Origin: Hormiphora californensis | Lineage: Eukaryota > Animalia > Ctenophora | NCBI GenBank assembly: GCA_020137815.1 | Contig: CM035357.1 | Span: 2,356,001 to 2,420,000 of the forward strand | Length of the DNA stretch: 64,000 nt | Direction: 5' to 3' | Shown here: positions 20,991 through 34,760 of the stretch, piece after piece | Layout: the number at the start of each line of letters is the position of its first letter | Numbering within the stretch: the first letter of the stretch is position 1 | Position numbers and translations under genes: made by a program | The notes under the pieces: model-generated | Database searches by the model: none | What the model was told of the DNA's origin: nothing | Seen by the model: only the letters and a program-made list of their open reading frames with translations

Positions 20991-22002
20991 ATTGTACCAG
21001 AGAGAGATCATTGTACCAGTCACACCTAGTTCATTCTGCAGTTACCCTGCCTATCATTGTACCACTCACAGTTCACACCTAGTTCATTCTGCAGTTACCC
21101 TGTCTATCATTGTACCAGTCACACCTAGTTCATTCTGCAGTTACCCTGTGTATCATTGTACCACTCACACCTAGTTCATTCTGCAGTTACCCTGTGTATC
21201 ATTGTACCAGTCACACCTAGTTCATTCTGCAGTTACCCTGTCTATCATTGTACCACTCACACCTAGTTCATCCTGCAGTTACCCTGCTTATCATTGTACC
21301 AGTCACACCTAGTGTATTCTGCAGTTATCCTGCCTATCATTTTACTACTCACACCTAGTTCATTTTGCAGTTATCCTGCCAATCATAGCACTAGTGACGC
21401 ATAGTTCATTTTGCAGTTACCCCACCTATCATTGAACCACTCACACCTAGTTTATTCTGCAGTTACCCTGCCTAGCATTGTATACTAGTCACACCTAGTC
21501 CATTTTGCAGTTACCCTACCTACCATATCTCCCTCTCCCTCTCTCTCCCTCTCTCACTCTCGCTATCGTCGATATGATGATAGGAGCCAGCCGGGATGTT
21601 ATCTTTATATGCAATGTGTATATTGATTTTATCCTATTTCTTATCATCCTCTCTTCCTCCAATCCCCAACCTCGTCCCCTTTCCCTTCTTCCTAGTCCTA
21701 ACCCGGTGTCTGACACCCTCCCCTCTACTCAAACCAAGACGACAGACGCATTGGCAAGACGGCACTCCAGTGGGCCCCAACGGCACTCCACTGGGCCCAA
21801 ATGACATTACCCATGACAAGCAGTGGGCTCCCCCTTACACTTTGGCACATATTCGGATTCCTGATTGAATACTACCGAAGTGTCTGTAAGGTGTGGCGGT
21901 CCGGGTGATGTTGACCATGCCGGGAGCATGTGTCTCGGTTGTCAGGTGCAATTCACCTGGTTTCCGTTTTGGCAAACCTCAGCTTAGTATCCAAAAAAAA
22001 AA

Positions 22003-22099
<97 letters not shown>

Positions 22100-24488
22100 A
22101 AAGAGGGGAGAAAATTTATAAGATCATACGCCAGCTGAATTGAAACCGGAGAACTTCTCACTCTCTTCTCACTCCAACCATGGTACACGCTCTTTTACAC
22201 ACAGAGAAAACCTCACTCATCACTCTCTCACCAACACAGCCCCACATACACAGATGACACCGAACACTCAACCTGTCAACATATAGCTCCACAATCTTGT
22301 GTGTAAGAACCAGCGAGGGGTGCCAAAAAAGAGAAAGCTATATTTAAAAAACCGCGCTAAACGACCATCTTACCACACTCCGGAGTAAAATAGTTGGGAT
22401 TGTTGAAAGTGGATCATGAACCCCGCAAGATATACTAAAAAACATTTGCTCACAGTACGCTAGCTGTGAGGATTCGGTAGATCAATAGGACATATGTGCA
22501 GAGTTATACAAAATAGTTGGTTTGCAGGAATTGAGAGACACTTCAGTTATAACTATCGGCATGTATGTTATATTATTTACTGTGCGAATAGATACCATTG
22601 ACAAATGTGTATGTAGCTGCTGCTGCTGCTGCTGGTGAATGTGTGAAGTGTCATAGCTATAGAATTTAATAAAGGTACTTTTCGTGGATCTAATATTGGG
22701 TGGGGGAGGGGGAGGGGTTCTAGTCCCAAAACGTTCAAGACCCGGTTTCAATATCCCTAAGTTAAATTGCATTACCTCTAAGTTGTTTAGCATTCGGACG
22801 GCACTCTGAGCATCTTTCTTATGAGTATACACGACAAACGCGTATCCTCTGTTGTTACCTGTGTAAGGGAGATTGAGTAAGTATGGACACAGATTTTACC
22901 CAAAAACAAACAGACAAACAAACAAACAAACAAACAAACGAACGAACAAGCAAACCAGAAATTAAAAAACGTACCATTAAAATCCATCATAAGTCGCATT
23001 TCATAGAGCTTGCCAGCGCGGGAAAAGATCGGTTCGAGTTCGTCCTCGAAGACGTCACGGGGGATCTTACCAACAAACACCTAACAAAATAGTTTGTGTC
23101 AATAAAAGAGAAAACGGTTTACAACTAAATCGAAACACAATTGATCAGGAAACAAAACGGATAAAATGGGAACTTGATCAAAGTGGGAGTGGATGTGCTA
23201 ATTTTGGAGAGAAGTGTGACATAAAAAGAACGCCTGTAACTACAATTCTAACTACGATAAACTAAAACTGAACCACTAAAACTAAAATCGAATCAAACAA
23301 CTTCAAAAAGAAAACGAAAATTCAAGAAAGCGAAAGATCATAAAACAGGGGATATAACGTGTTGGGCATAAAAAATGTCCCCCCTAGACTAGCATAGTTC
23401 CAGATATCGTAGAGCTCTAAAATTTTACACAGTTACTCTATGGGACAAATAAATAGGTTCCACAAAATTTCAGACTTTTAGCTCAAAGTTCATTTTTTTG
23501 ATCGGAATGAACATTATCATTCATTCCAAAAAACATGATTTTTCGGTCCAGAAGTCAAGCAATTGTCTTTGGCTCTCAATTTTCTTTCAAATGCGACCAA
23601 GAAAAGCCCAAACGGACAACCACAAAGCAAACAGTGGTCATGTTTCTGACTGTTAGTCAGGTCATGTGATCCCCACCGAATCGTGTAAGTTATTCTGAAT
23701 TGCTAATCAGGATTAGTTGTGGAGAATCACGTATCACAGCCGCTAATGAGGGATGACGATGATGATTGGCCATGAGATCCGAAGCTCATTAACAAGTCAC
23801 CTCTTTACCCAAGTGCTCCCGAATCACATATCGCTTCTTCGATACACATCCCTCATTAGCGACTGTGATACGTGATTCTTCCCTACTAAGCCTGATTAGC
23901 AATTCACGATTCGGTGGGGATCACATGACCTGACTAACAGTCAGAAACATGACCACTGTGTGCCTTGTGGTTGTCCGTTTGGGCTTTTCTTGGTCGCATT
24001 TGAAAGAAAATTGAGAGCCAAAGACAATTGCTTGACTTCTGGACCGAAAAATCTTGCTTTTTGGAATGAATGATAATGTTCATTCCGATCAAAAAAATGA
24101 ACTTTGAGCTAAAAGTCTGAAATTTTGTGGAACCTATTTATTTGCCCCATAGAGTAACTGTGTAAAATTTTAGAGCTCTACGATATCTGGAACTATGCTA
24201 GTCTAGGGGGGACATTTTTTATGCCCAACACGTTAGGTGAATTTTATTGTGGCCCAATTAAATCCTGTGACCACATTCGTGACATCACATTCGGTTCATT
24301 ATGACTACAACATAAACAACTAATTAATTCTGTCTAGCCCACATGTCTAGAGCTGCAGCTGCAACCTATAGTAGAGGATACAGAAGGTTTTAGAGCCAGC
24401 CACGTTAGAGAAGTGCAGCTGGCGAAAATCAGAGAAGATTTAGGGTCTGTCATTAGCTGTGATCATGACAAGGTAATGACAGAAAACA

Positions 24489-24529
<41 letters not shown>

Positions 24530-24664
24530 TATAGAGCAAAGGAAAAAGGGAGTGAGAGACAGAAAGAAAGGTTGAAAAGATATTAAGACTGCAGTGTCTT
24601 AGAAGCCGTAAAAACACAAAAAATAATGCACATACAATATGAATATGAACTTGACCAACGAATT

Positions 24665-24742
<78 letters not shown>

Positions 24743-24775
24743 TCCCCCCTCTCTCTCTCTCTCCCCTCTCTTCTT

Positions 24776-24856
<81 letters not shown>

Positions 24857-25067
24857 CTTCTCTTCTTCCCCCTCTCTGGCTATCCATGTGGCTATCTGAC
24901 GCTCAAAAGCGGGCACACACTAAATCAGGCAGAAGGAGAGAAAAATAAGGCTCTCAGCTCCTTCTCTCTTTCCCGGCGACGATTGTTGACTAATGCTACA
25001 CACACGTTCTTTCTCTATCTCTCTCTCACAGGCAGCATTGTCTGATAATCTACTAGGGTTCTGGAGT

Positions 25068-25146
<79 letters not shown>

Positions 25147-26083
25147 GAGAATTTTACAGAAGGTATCACTGCCACATATTATACCCCTCAAAGCCCGAAT
25201 TTTCTCTTCCTAGAACCATCTGTGTTTAGAATAATTTGCTGGTGTTTGTATGGGATCCAGGAGCGGCTCTGGCTGGGTGTCCAGGTGTCGCGAGCCGCCC
25301 CTGGTGGGATCGATTTTACACAAGCCCTCCTAGACTTTATGAGGGACCTCATGTCCTCCTAGACTTGTACTAATGAGAGGCTGATATCTTTCAAAAAAGG
25401 TAGACGCGGAGAGGTTACCAGCTAAAAAGGGCAGATGGGATCACTGCATTGCTTCTCTACATCTCTCTCCCACTCCCACTCTCTCCCTCTCTCTCTCTGC
25501 CTCTCTATTTCTTTCGGACTCCAAAAAGGATAGACATGATCACTGCTACACTCTCTGTCATGAGCCATCTACAACAATTACTGGCCTGAACTACAGTCCT
25601 AAATAAGGCCGGGTCCAGACGAGTGGTAGGTAGCTACTATGGTAGGCTACTATGGTAGATATCTACCACAGCTACCACTCGTCTGTACACCTATATCTAC
25701 CATAAGCTACTATGGTAGGCGGTTAAGGTCGAGGTATTACCGCCTACTATAGTACTTACCATAGTAGGCCCCCTCTATAGTAGGTGGTCACCGTCTGTTC
25801 ACCCCCTTTACCGCCCCCCTTTAAATTGTTATCACATCTTTTTTTCATGGGCTAAAAATTTGATACCCGATGATTAAAAGTTCATGGGAATGTGTCAGAG
25901 GGGGGCCCCGAGTGGTACTTGCCCCATATAGCTTTTCTCCCCTCTCTGACGTTCCCCCGCTCTATGGTACTTACTATGGTACCACCATAAGCTCCTACCA
26001 CTCGTCTGGGCCCGGGCCCTTTTACGCTTCGTAGTAGGTGGCTTGTATAATAGGTACCCTCTGACAGCTCAGTAGTACTATAT

Positions 26084-26135
<52 letters not shown>

Positions 26136-26141
26136 GTGAGT

Positions 26142-26239
<98 letters not shown>

Positions 26240-26870
26240 ATCAGTAACAACAAGAGATTATAATTGGGTGACAACACTTGTTGGATTTGTAATTGATGGC
26301 CCATGCACCTACAAATTATAGCAGTTGGCTGTCTAGATGTTGACCCGCTAGTAGTAGTAGTTAATTAACGTGCCTTGTCTAACGTGGATATATTTATACA
26401 ATCAGGCCCCGATCTACCGGAACTCCGATTTACCGGGCATTTCCTCGAGCATCCTGGTAAATCAGGGCCTGTCCCTGTTCAATGTTCATTGTGGGAAAAC
26501 TTCTGAGGTTGGGACTAACCACAAAGGCAAATTGTCTCAAAACGCCTCCTTGGACATTTTAACAAGGATAGTTATAAGTTAAAAACTAAGCTTTAAGATA
26601 AAACTAAGTTTTAAGTTAAAAGTTTAGGTTAAAACTAAGTAACAACTTAATAGTTACCTCAGCTCCTTTGGGCATGGAACCCTTCCAATCGGGGGGAGGT
26701 CCATACTTCCTCTGTCCATTAGTCTGACACAATGGGTACCCCGTCCTGTTCATCAACTCCACCAACTTGGGTTCAGTTGGCACAATTCCCTCCTCGTCAT
26801 CGGACATGTGCCGGGAATGGGGTGAGGATGGGGACATGGGACCACCACCATCAGAAGGGGACGTGGCCAT
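16074..26870 (-). CDS. A1CF/RBM47/RBM46-family RNA-binding protein (3 RRMs + dsRBD-like domain)
   Basis: Exons 26870-26658, 23080-22975, 22858-22776, 20126-19949, 19821-19664, 19509-19312, 19179-18947, 18781-18628, 18470-18372, 18286-18185, 17375-17254, (16940-16866), 16388-16344, 16204-16074. Motifs [69 protein letters not shown] and WGVPKY...YLYK...AEYTLQ (closest to A1CF). One apparent +1 indel at about 17295. Confidence 0.9.
21007..21519. repeat. 46-bp minisatellite, about 11 copies, in an intron of the A1CF-like gene
   Basis: Unit TCATTGTACCAGTCACACCTAGTTCATTCTGCAGTTACCCTGTGTA with increasing divergence toward the right. Confidence 0.93.
21740..22011 (+). mobile_element. Putative SINE or 3' end of a non-LTR retrotransposon
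   Basis: GC-richer, hairpin-rich ~250 bp ending in a 19-nt poly(A) (21993-22011) that runs into (GA)n. No TSD or A/B box identified. Confidence 0.4.
23357..24233. mobile_element. Long near-palindromic MITE (TA TSD, Tc1/mariner type)
   Basis: TA|ACGTGTTGGGCATAAAAAATGTCCCCC ... GGGGGACATTTTTTATGCCCAACACGT|TA; arms complementary over roughly 400 bp. Confidence 0.88.
25607..26018. mobile_element. PIF/Harbinger-like MITE
   Basis: TIRs GGCCGGGTCCAGACGAGTGGTAGG ... CCTACCACTCGTCTGGGCCCGG with TAA on the left; internal CTACTATGGTAG repeats. Confidence 0.65.
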
Positions 26871-27719
26871 GGTTCAATAGTGGGGCTTCCTGCAGCGTGA
26901 GAAGGGGCCACGGTTAGAAAGATAGGAGGTAGAGAAGGGAGGGATAGATTAGGTGTGTGCTTCAGGGGGAGGGGGTACTTGGGGGAAACAGTCGAGGCTG
27001 AATCTGAAAATGATCAGGCACGACTGTTTCCCCCTCCTATATTGGTGTCAATTGTTGTATTAGGAGGGACAAAGTGCATTCATACACAATCGGAATAGTG
27101 GGTTTTCATAAAAATCAGAGAGGGGTATGTTATAGCTGCTACTGCTCAGTAAAGCAGTTCAAAATATTCCAATTTTCGGAAAATTTGTGCGGAATAGAGT
27201 TGAGATTGGAAGACATTGGAGACAAAGATAGAAAGATAGCCGCTGAAATTGGTCAGACAAATATATATGATAGAAATCACATAGTAGCATATTTTGTAAT
27301 CAACAAAAACAATAAATTAATTAAGTGTATTTGATCCATAGATTATATCAACCGACATATATATCATATCGCATAACAATATCATCATCAGATCGGATCA
27401 CATATCGGGGGGGATCACATATCGGCCGAAAGGAGAGAGAGCTTAGATCATGTATCACATCGATTTGAAGAGCTTTTGCCCACCATATTTTCCAAGAAGA
27501 AGGGAGGTTCTCAGTTGATCTACGGAACCCTCACATGCGGTACGTTCTCAGGAGAAGAGTCATATCGCAACAAAGAAATGAGATGTTTATTGTCACACGA
27601 CACCATCATTCTCTGGACATGGGACCCACACGTTCCAGTTGTGGTAACAGAGGACTTTAGAAGAAAGTGAAGTATACAACGAACGCAACGGTAGCGAGAG
27701 AAAGTGAGAGAGTGAGAGA

Positions 27720-27793
<74 letters not shown>

Positions 27794-28800
27794 GAGAGAG
27801 AAACTCTAGCGCACAACTGGTCCGTGTAATGTCCATATCGTATTACAAACGACTCTATACACAACAACCCTCCTTCAGTAAGAGGGAAAGAGAGAGAGAG
27901 AGAGGGAAAGCGAGAGAATGAGGGTGGGAAGAAGGAGAGAGATGAGGGAGAGAGGTCGGACTTGTGTCACCGGAGTAAAGTCACGTGATTTAGCGCGTGA
28001 TATAGTTGCAATGATAGAAGAGAGAGATGATAAAAAAGAGAGAGAGAGAGAGAGAAATAAAGAAAGAGAAAGGGAGAGATCAACTCGAGGGATGGGTACT
28101 TCAGCTGTCCAGTGAAACCCTATTGGTTATAGAATCTATCATCGTGTCTTTGGACTACCTCTCCTCGCGTACCCCAACAAAATACTGTGTACTATCCGTG
28201 CAGCATGAGCTGGACCGACGTGAAACGCAAATTGGATTCGATAAAATGGAGACAGTCAATCGGAAAGAGCAAGTAGTTATTGGTAACTATAACGGTTGGC
28301 GACAGAACCAGAATAACGAATGGAGTCAGACAGAACCAGAATGACACTGACAGTAGCGCATAAGAGGAGGTTAAAGGTATAGCAAAAGAAAGAAACAGAT
28401 GTATCAAGAGAGACGGTAACAGGTGTCTGTTCTCTCTCTCTGGTTCACTCATCTGTCTTGCGGAGCCAACCCTCTCTATCTATCTATCTATCTCTCTATG
28501 TGCCCCTCTCTCTATCAATCTTGTTTTATTTCTCCAGAGAAAAAAGGGATCGACGAGACCGCTACCACACAGCTGGTCCCAATTATACACAACAACAGAC
28601 ATCAGTGCTCCGGTGACCTCTATCTCTCTTCATCTCCCCCCCTCTCTCTCTCTATCTTGTCGGGAAGATTGTAACACGAGACCAGCTATAATTCTAACCC
28701 TGCTGGAGGAGAGGGGCGCGTCAGAAGCAGCACCACCGTCAGAGATAAGATCACGTGACCTGAGAGACGAGTTTCCATGACAACCATCCAGATGGGGTCT

Positions 28801-28892
<92 letters not shown>

Positions 28893-28905
28893 TAGCGAAA
28901 GAGAT

Positions 28906-28939
<34 letters not shown>

Positions 28940-29534
28940 GAATAGTCAGAGTAAAAGAGAAAGTGAAAGAGGGACATCAAAAGAGACTGAATCAGGGCGC
29001 ATAATCTCACAGGAAACGGTGCGGAACACCAATAACATCTCTCCCTGGATGATACAAACCAAAAGCCAGCTCCTCCCCCGAAAGAGAGACAGTGAAGCAG
29101 TCTCTGGTAAGAGAGATGTGTTACAGGATTCTAGCTCGCTCTAAACCCCAGATCGGGTGTCATAACCCCCTGATCCCCCTCTCTCTTATGCCGCGGCCAT
29201 GGATCAGTGCTCGAGTAGTTCTCATCTTACATCTCCCACGTACAACATAAAATCCAACATAGAATCCAGAGATTATTAATCGGGTTTTCCTGATGATCTA
29301 TCAGTCTCGGGTCTTCCACTTATATTATATCACGAGTTGACAATGCATTTTTAAACTTTCCATTATTTAATTTCTCGTCTCCAGTACGATTCCCTTTCTG
29401 CAGCTCTTGCTTTCTAACTCTCCCCCAATGCGTCTATCGGCGGACGATGTGATGACAGGTAGAAAAAGGGAAAATACACAGACTGATATCAGTTGTATAA
29501 TAATGCAGCGAGAGATAGATAGATAGAGAGATAG

Positions 29535-29576
<42 letters not shown>

Positions 29577-29587
29577 GAGAGCGAGAG

Positions 29588-29684
<97 letters not shown>

Positions 29685-30176
29685 CGATAGAGAAATAGAG
29701 GAGAGAGAAGATAAAGCTGCTACAGTACGTAGACACACTTTCGCACATGTTTCGCATAGTTATGAACAAAGCCATTTCGGGGCCATTTCCAAACCAGAAC
29801 AACTACTATAGGCAGGAACCCAACCAATCATTACCACGCGGTAAGAAAAGAACATGCAACAACCAGATCTCACAAAAAAATCTCGGTAAACCGAGACATC
29901 TAAGTAAGTGATAATATCAAGTTTGATCTAGTACTGGATTCTTGAGCCAAAGCGAAAGTGACAGGGAAAACCATGTTTCAACAACAATTAACCACATGAA
30001 TTATCAATGAGAAAATACCAGAGTAGGTCTAGTGATCAGAGAAGAAAAAAAACAGATTTGCATCATCAAGAGCTACTGGAACTAAGCAGGATAGTAGCCA
30101 TTGAGGTAGCACAAACAATAGATCGAGTATCTCACCTCACTACTAAAAACCAAGAGGGGAGAGATAGAGAGATAGA

Positions 30177-30217
<41 letters not shown>

Positions 30218-31351
30218 GAGAGAAAGGTAGAAATATAGAAAGAGAACCACTACTACAAAGCTACTCAGAACAAAGTTAGCAACTTGATCCACGGAGCATG
30301 ATCGAAGAAAACCCCAACAACCATCTACCGCGGAACATGATAGCTTCGCAGCTTTACAGTGATATTGTAACGTTATAACGTCGAGTTGATGATCACGTGG
30401 TTGGGCGTTAGTTAGGTTAGACAAAGATTTTTTACAAAAAAAAAACGGATTACCACTATGGGAGCAGAGTTGTTAAGCACGCTCTGAGTTGCGAACTCAG
30501 AAAGAAAGCACGCTCTGAGAGTTGCGAATTGGAGAAAAGAAAGCACGCTCAGAGACTTGCCAGGTGCCGGGTAAAAGGGGGAGCAAGAGAGGGAGAGAGA
30601 CGCTTTCTTATCAGCGAAACTTGATACCAGCTAACCCATACTACACGCTCTGTTCTCATTGGTGGAGGAGGGAAATACACGTAGCTGATTGGTCAGCTGG
30701 ACCTTGTCACGTGACCCAGCTCCAGGGAAAGGAGTCTTCTATCAAGGGAGGACTGGAGAGAGTGAGAGGGTAAGAAAAGGAGAATCTCGGAATAAGGAGG
30801 GAGAGAGAGAGAGAGAGAGAGAGAGGACAAGAGATAGTCCGATTTGAATCTCGGTTAGGGCTGTGAGACATTGCAAATACCTACGGCTCGGTATTTCATT
30901 GATTTAACCAAAACAAAAGTCAAAACTAGCATGAACATATTAGAAAGACCAAGATTATAGAAGGAGAACCCAGTATACTTAGTTCCTAAGACGTCTTTAA
31001 CAAACAAACAAACAAACAAACAAACAAACAAACAAAGGCAAAACTAAGAATCATAAAATACTAAAATCGTTTACTGATTTGTTTAGTCTTTTAATAAACA
31101 GGGAGTGTGTGTAACAACAGAACCTTGTTTTGTACAAACTCTTTTATTTTATAATTAAACAGTCTAACTTGGCAAACAGAACTAAGACAGACCAATCAAC
31201 ACACTATATCACAAAATAAGGAACACACGCACTATGTGTTCCTACTACACAGTGGTTTTACACGGGACGTGCTGGGGCGCGCCCAGTAAAAACATGTAGT
31301 CAAAGGGGGATAGAGTCACATGTGTAATATGAATGTTAGTTTGGGTTTAAT

Positions 31352-31570
31352 ATCTGATTTTTTGAAACTGTCACCCCCCTGGAGTTTTCAAATTTCTTTA
31401 AATGACCATAAGTCCGGTTCCTGATGAGATAGAGACTTGAAATTTGGAGGTTACGAAGATCTTGCTAAGTTCTTCCGAACCTCCAAATTTCAAGTTGCTA
31501 TCTTATCAGGAACCGGAGATATGACAAATTTTGTTATTTCAGGGGGTGACAGTTTCAAAAAATCCGACTT
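31352..31570. mobile_element. MITE relic with inverted arms
   Basis: TCTGATTTTTTGAAACTGTCACCCCC ... GGGGGTGACAGTTTCAAAAAATCCGA; internal CCGGTTCCTGATGAGATA is shared with the element at 52038-52487. Confidence 0.6.
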
Positions 31571-31644
31571 TAGGGATTTAGGATTCTGGGTAATTCATTC
31601 TTTCACCTCTCTCCCTCCCTCTCTCTTTCTCTCTCTCTCTCTCT

Positions 31645-31782
<138 letters not shown>

Positions 31783-32331
31783 CACCGCGTCAGACACACG
31801 TGGCAGGGCAATGTTACCCCTGAGTAGCTCAACGTACCTTGATTAGCGCGTGGGAAGTGCAATTTGACTCCACCTCTTTCCAACCAACTCCATCTAAACA
31901 ATTCTCTCATATCTCATCCATTTATTCATAAATCATCTTTTTACCAGCAGTATCTCCTCCTGTCTGATCCGATCTGGGTACATGTTTCTCCATTCTAGGA
32001 TTCTGGAAATCACCCGGAACATCAACTAACAATACTGAGCTTGTCATGTTGCTAAAAAGGGTGAAGGAGGTTGTCAGGTTTCAGAAAATATTAAGACATT
32101 AAATCATCATAACACCAGCACAAACAAAGTCACAAACAAACAAACAAAATTAATTCCCCGAAAAATAAAGATCGATATCCTCCAAAAGTTGTCTCAAAAT
32201 CTTGCAAAAGTGTAAAACAGTCCATGGTGCAGTTGTTCGATCATTGATCCCTCCGGGATTCCAATTCATGGTTCTGACTTGTGTCTTGTTATGTTCTAAC
32301 CCACGGTGAGACAAGGTCGAACAAGGCAAGT

Positions 32332-34671
32332 TCAGTCTAGGCCGAGTGCACTAATTTCATTGACAATCATTAGTAGATTCTGTTTTAGAGTTTCTATCTC
32401 CTCTTTCCGGTCATCCCGAATAGCCTGCGGGAACAACACATAAAGTGAGAAAGAGATAGCGAGAGATTGTACGTGAGAGGTTATACCGAGGTATAGTACG
32501 AGAAATACAGAGAGGTTTCGTTTCACAAAAGGAAATTGAAGTAATCTAGCTGGATGAGCATTTCTTACCTGCCGCAGGTAACCCCGTATAATTTCCCTTT
32601 GCTCAATAAGCGGGTGACTGTGTTTGGAGACACTAACACGCTGTTGCTCCCCACTCCAACCCTCATCCCATGACGGACCGGGCGTTGCTAGGGCCGTGGA
32701 GTCCTTAGCAACGGATCTCGTGCTCCAACTGTCACCCCGGGAGAATGTTTGTTGGGGAACCTGTGTGGGAATAGGGAGATGAGTTGTGAGAGTGGTATTT
32801 AGTGGGTTTCACCAACATTTGTGTTACACAGCTCACATAGCCATATTTTGAACACACACGTCCTTGTAGCAATTGTGTGGTGTTGTCGGACCCCGATTTA
32901 CCGAACAAAACCCTTTCTATTCCCGGGAGTATCCCGGTATATCGGGGTCTAACTGTATTGTAAGGTATTCAGGCTGATAAACATGTCGCATAGGGAAGCC
33001 ACCCACTGCACTTACTGATAACACCCCTTTACCTCGACATTATATTGACACAATATCTCTTAATCTCTCCTAGTTATAGTAACAATCTCACATCGCCTAT
33101 CTCCTAGTAACAATCTTACCGTCACCCCCCTATTCTCATATTGCATGCATGCTGCACACCAGACCCAGACTGGGTGTTATACAAAACCATCTTTGGGATC
33201 TTTTTATTTAATTAGTCGGGGGCAACTATTTCGACCAGTCTACTCGTCCAGTAAACTAATCAGCCCCAATTACTACGCCAATCTAAAATAATCAAATTGT
33301 CCCATACTATATCCCAGCTGAAAGTGAATATCAATTTACCGCTGTAAATTATTACACCTGAATATCAAAAAATTATAATTACCAATACCAAAAATTTACC
33401 GCTGAATGCTGTCTCGGTGAGGTGGTTGGAGACAGGTTTTGTGTTCTCAGTGCTGCCTCCTTCTGCTCCTGGACTACAGCCCGATTCTCTTCAACCCTCA
33501 TCTCCTGTAATAGTATATAGGTGGTAACTGATAACCCATGTAACTCCTGATTAACATGAACATCTAGAGTTAGATAGGATAGTGTGTAGGGGGTAAGTAA
33601 CTTGTACCCTATCCTACTCGAATAGTGATGCGCGAGAAACACTGAAAGCAAGAGACAAACAGGTGAGAGAAGCCCGCATATATCTAGACGTACTGCTTGG
33701 ATAGGATGAGAATATACCAAGAATCGATAACAGAAAACAGAGGAAAAAGGAAATATGTAAATACACCAAACATATTATTTACCTGTAACTCCTTGAGTTC
33801 CTTCAGCTCTGGCAAGGGGCTGGTGGTGTGAAGGTTGTCCTGTAGGTAGGATCTGAAGGCTGCCTTTATGTGGGCCTGAACCTTCTGCTGGGCAGGCGAG
33901 GTACTTCTGGCTACTGCAACTCGCTCACTGAAGTGAGATAGTTATGGGTCAGGATATGGATTTGAAGGTAAGTAAACCAGCACCAGCAACTATAATACTG
34001 GTCATTGGTGGGGGGGGGGTTTGAGTGTTGACGGGGTGTTGTCATTGGCTTCTTCTCTTAGGACGCCAGGGCAGGTTCGGCTTTTTTGCCCCCCCCCCTT
34101 TAACTATATACGCCAGCTGTATATCTCCCTCTCTCCCCATGAGCACGTGTAAAACCAGCTCCCAGACTATTTCTAGTGTCACTTTGATCGAACTCAATTT
34201 CACGTGGATAAGTTTCGAAGCAGCGGAGAGAGGGGGAGTCAGAAAGAGCGACAGACAGAGAGGGGAGGGAGAGGGGAGGGAGACAGAGCGACAGAGAGAG
34301 ACACTTGTTGCAGCAACAACGAGCTAATTATATAGCACTGAGTTGCTGAGCTGTCTAGCGTCTCTGTGCTCAGATATAATGTTTTTGTCAGTTCATTCTG
34401 TTTGATAGTTCTCACAGAACGGGGCGTACAATGTACGCCGTACGGCGTACATACTACATCTTCAGACTTCAGTACATTTTCTATACATTTCTATCTTATT
34501 TTCGGCTGGTTAAAGTGCTATACCAGGCAGTATAGTTGTTGAGTAAGATAGTGGAGAGAGTTATCTAAAAACAAACACATCTCGCTCTCTAATATCCTCA
34601 AGCGCGGTTGTCTAGCTAGCTATATTGCCCGGAGCAATTACTTGCTGCAAACACTTATCTAACGTCCTAGT

Positions 34672-34760
<89 letters not shown>

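Noticed and set aside
21007-21519. CRISPR-like regular repeat
   Set aside because: Contiguous tandem units with no unique spacers, no cas genes, and a eukaryotic intron context.
21855-21880. Hammerhead-ribozyme-like CTGATTGA
   Set aside because: Does not fit the CUGANGA core, and I could not build the three-stem junction with GAAA.
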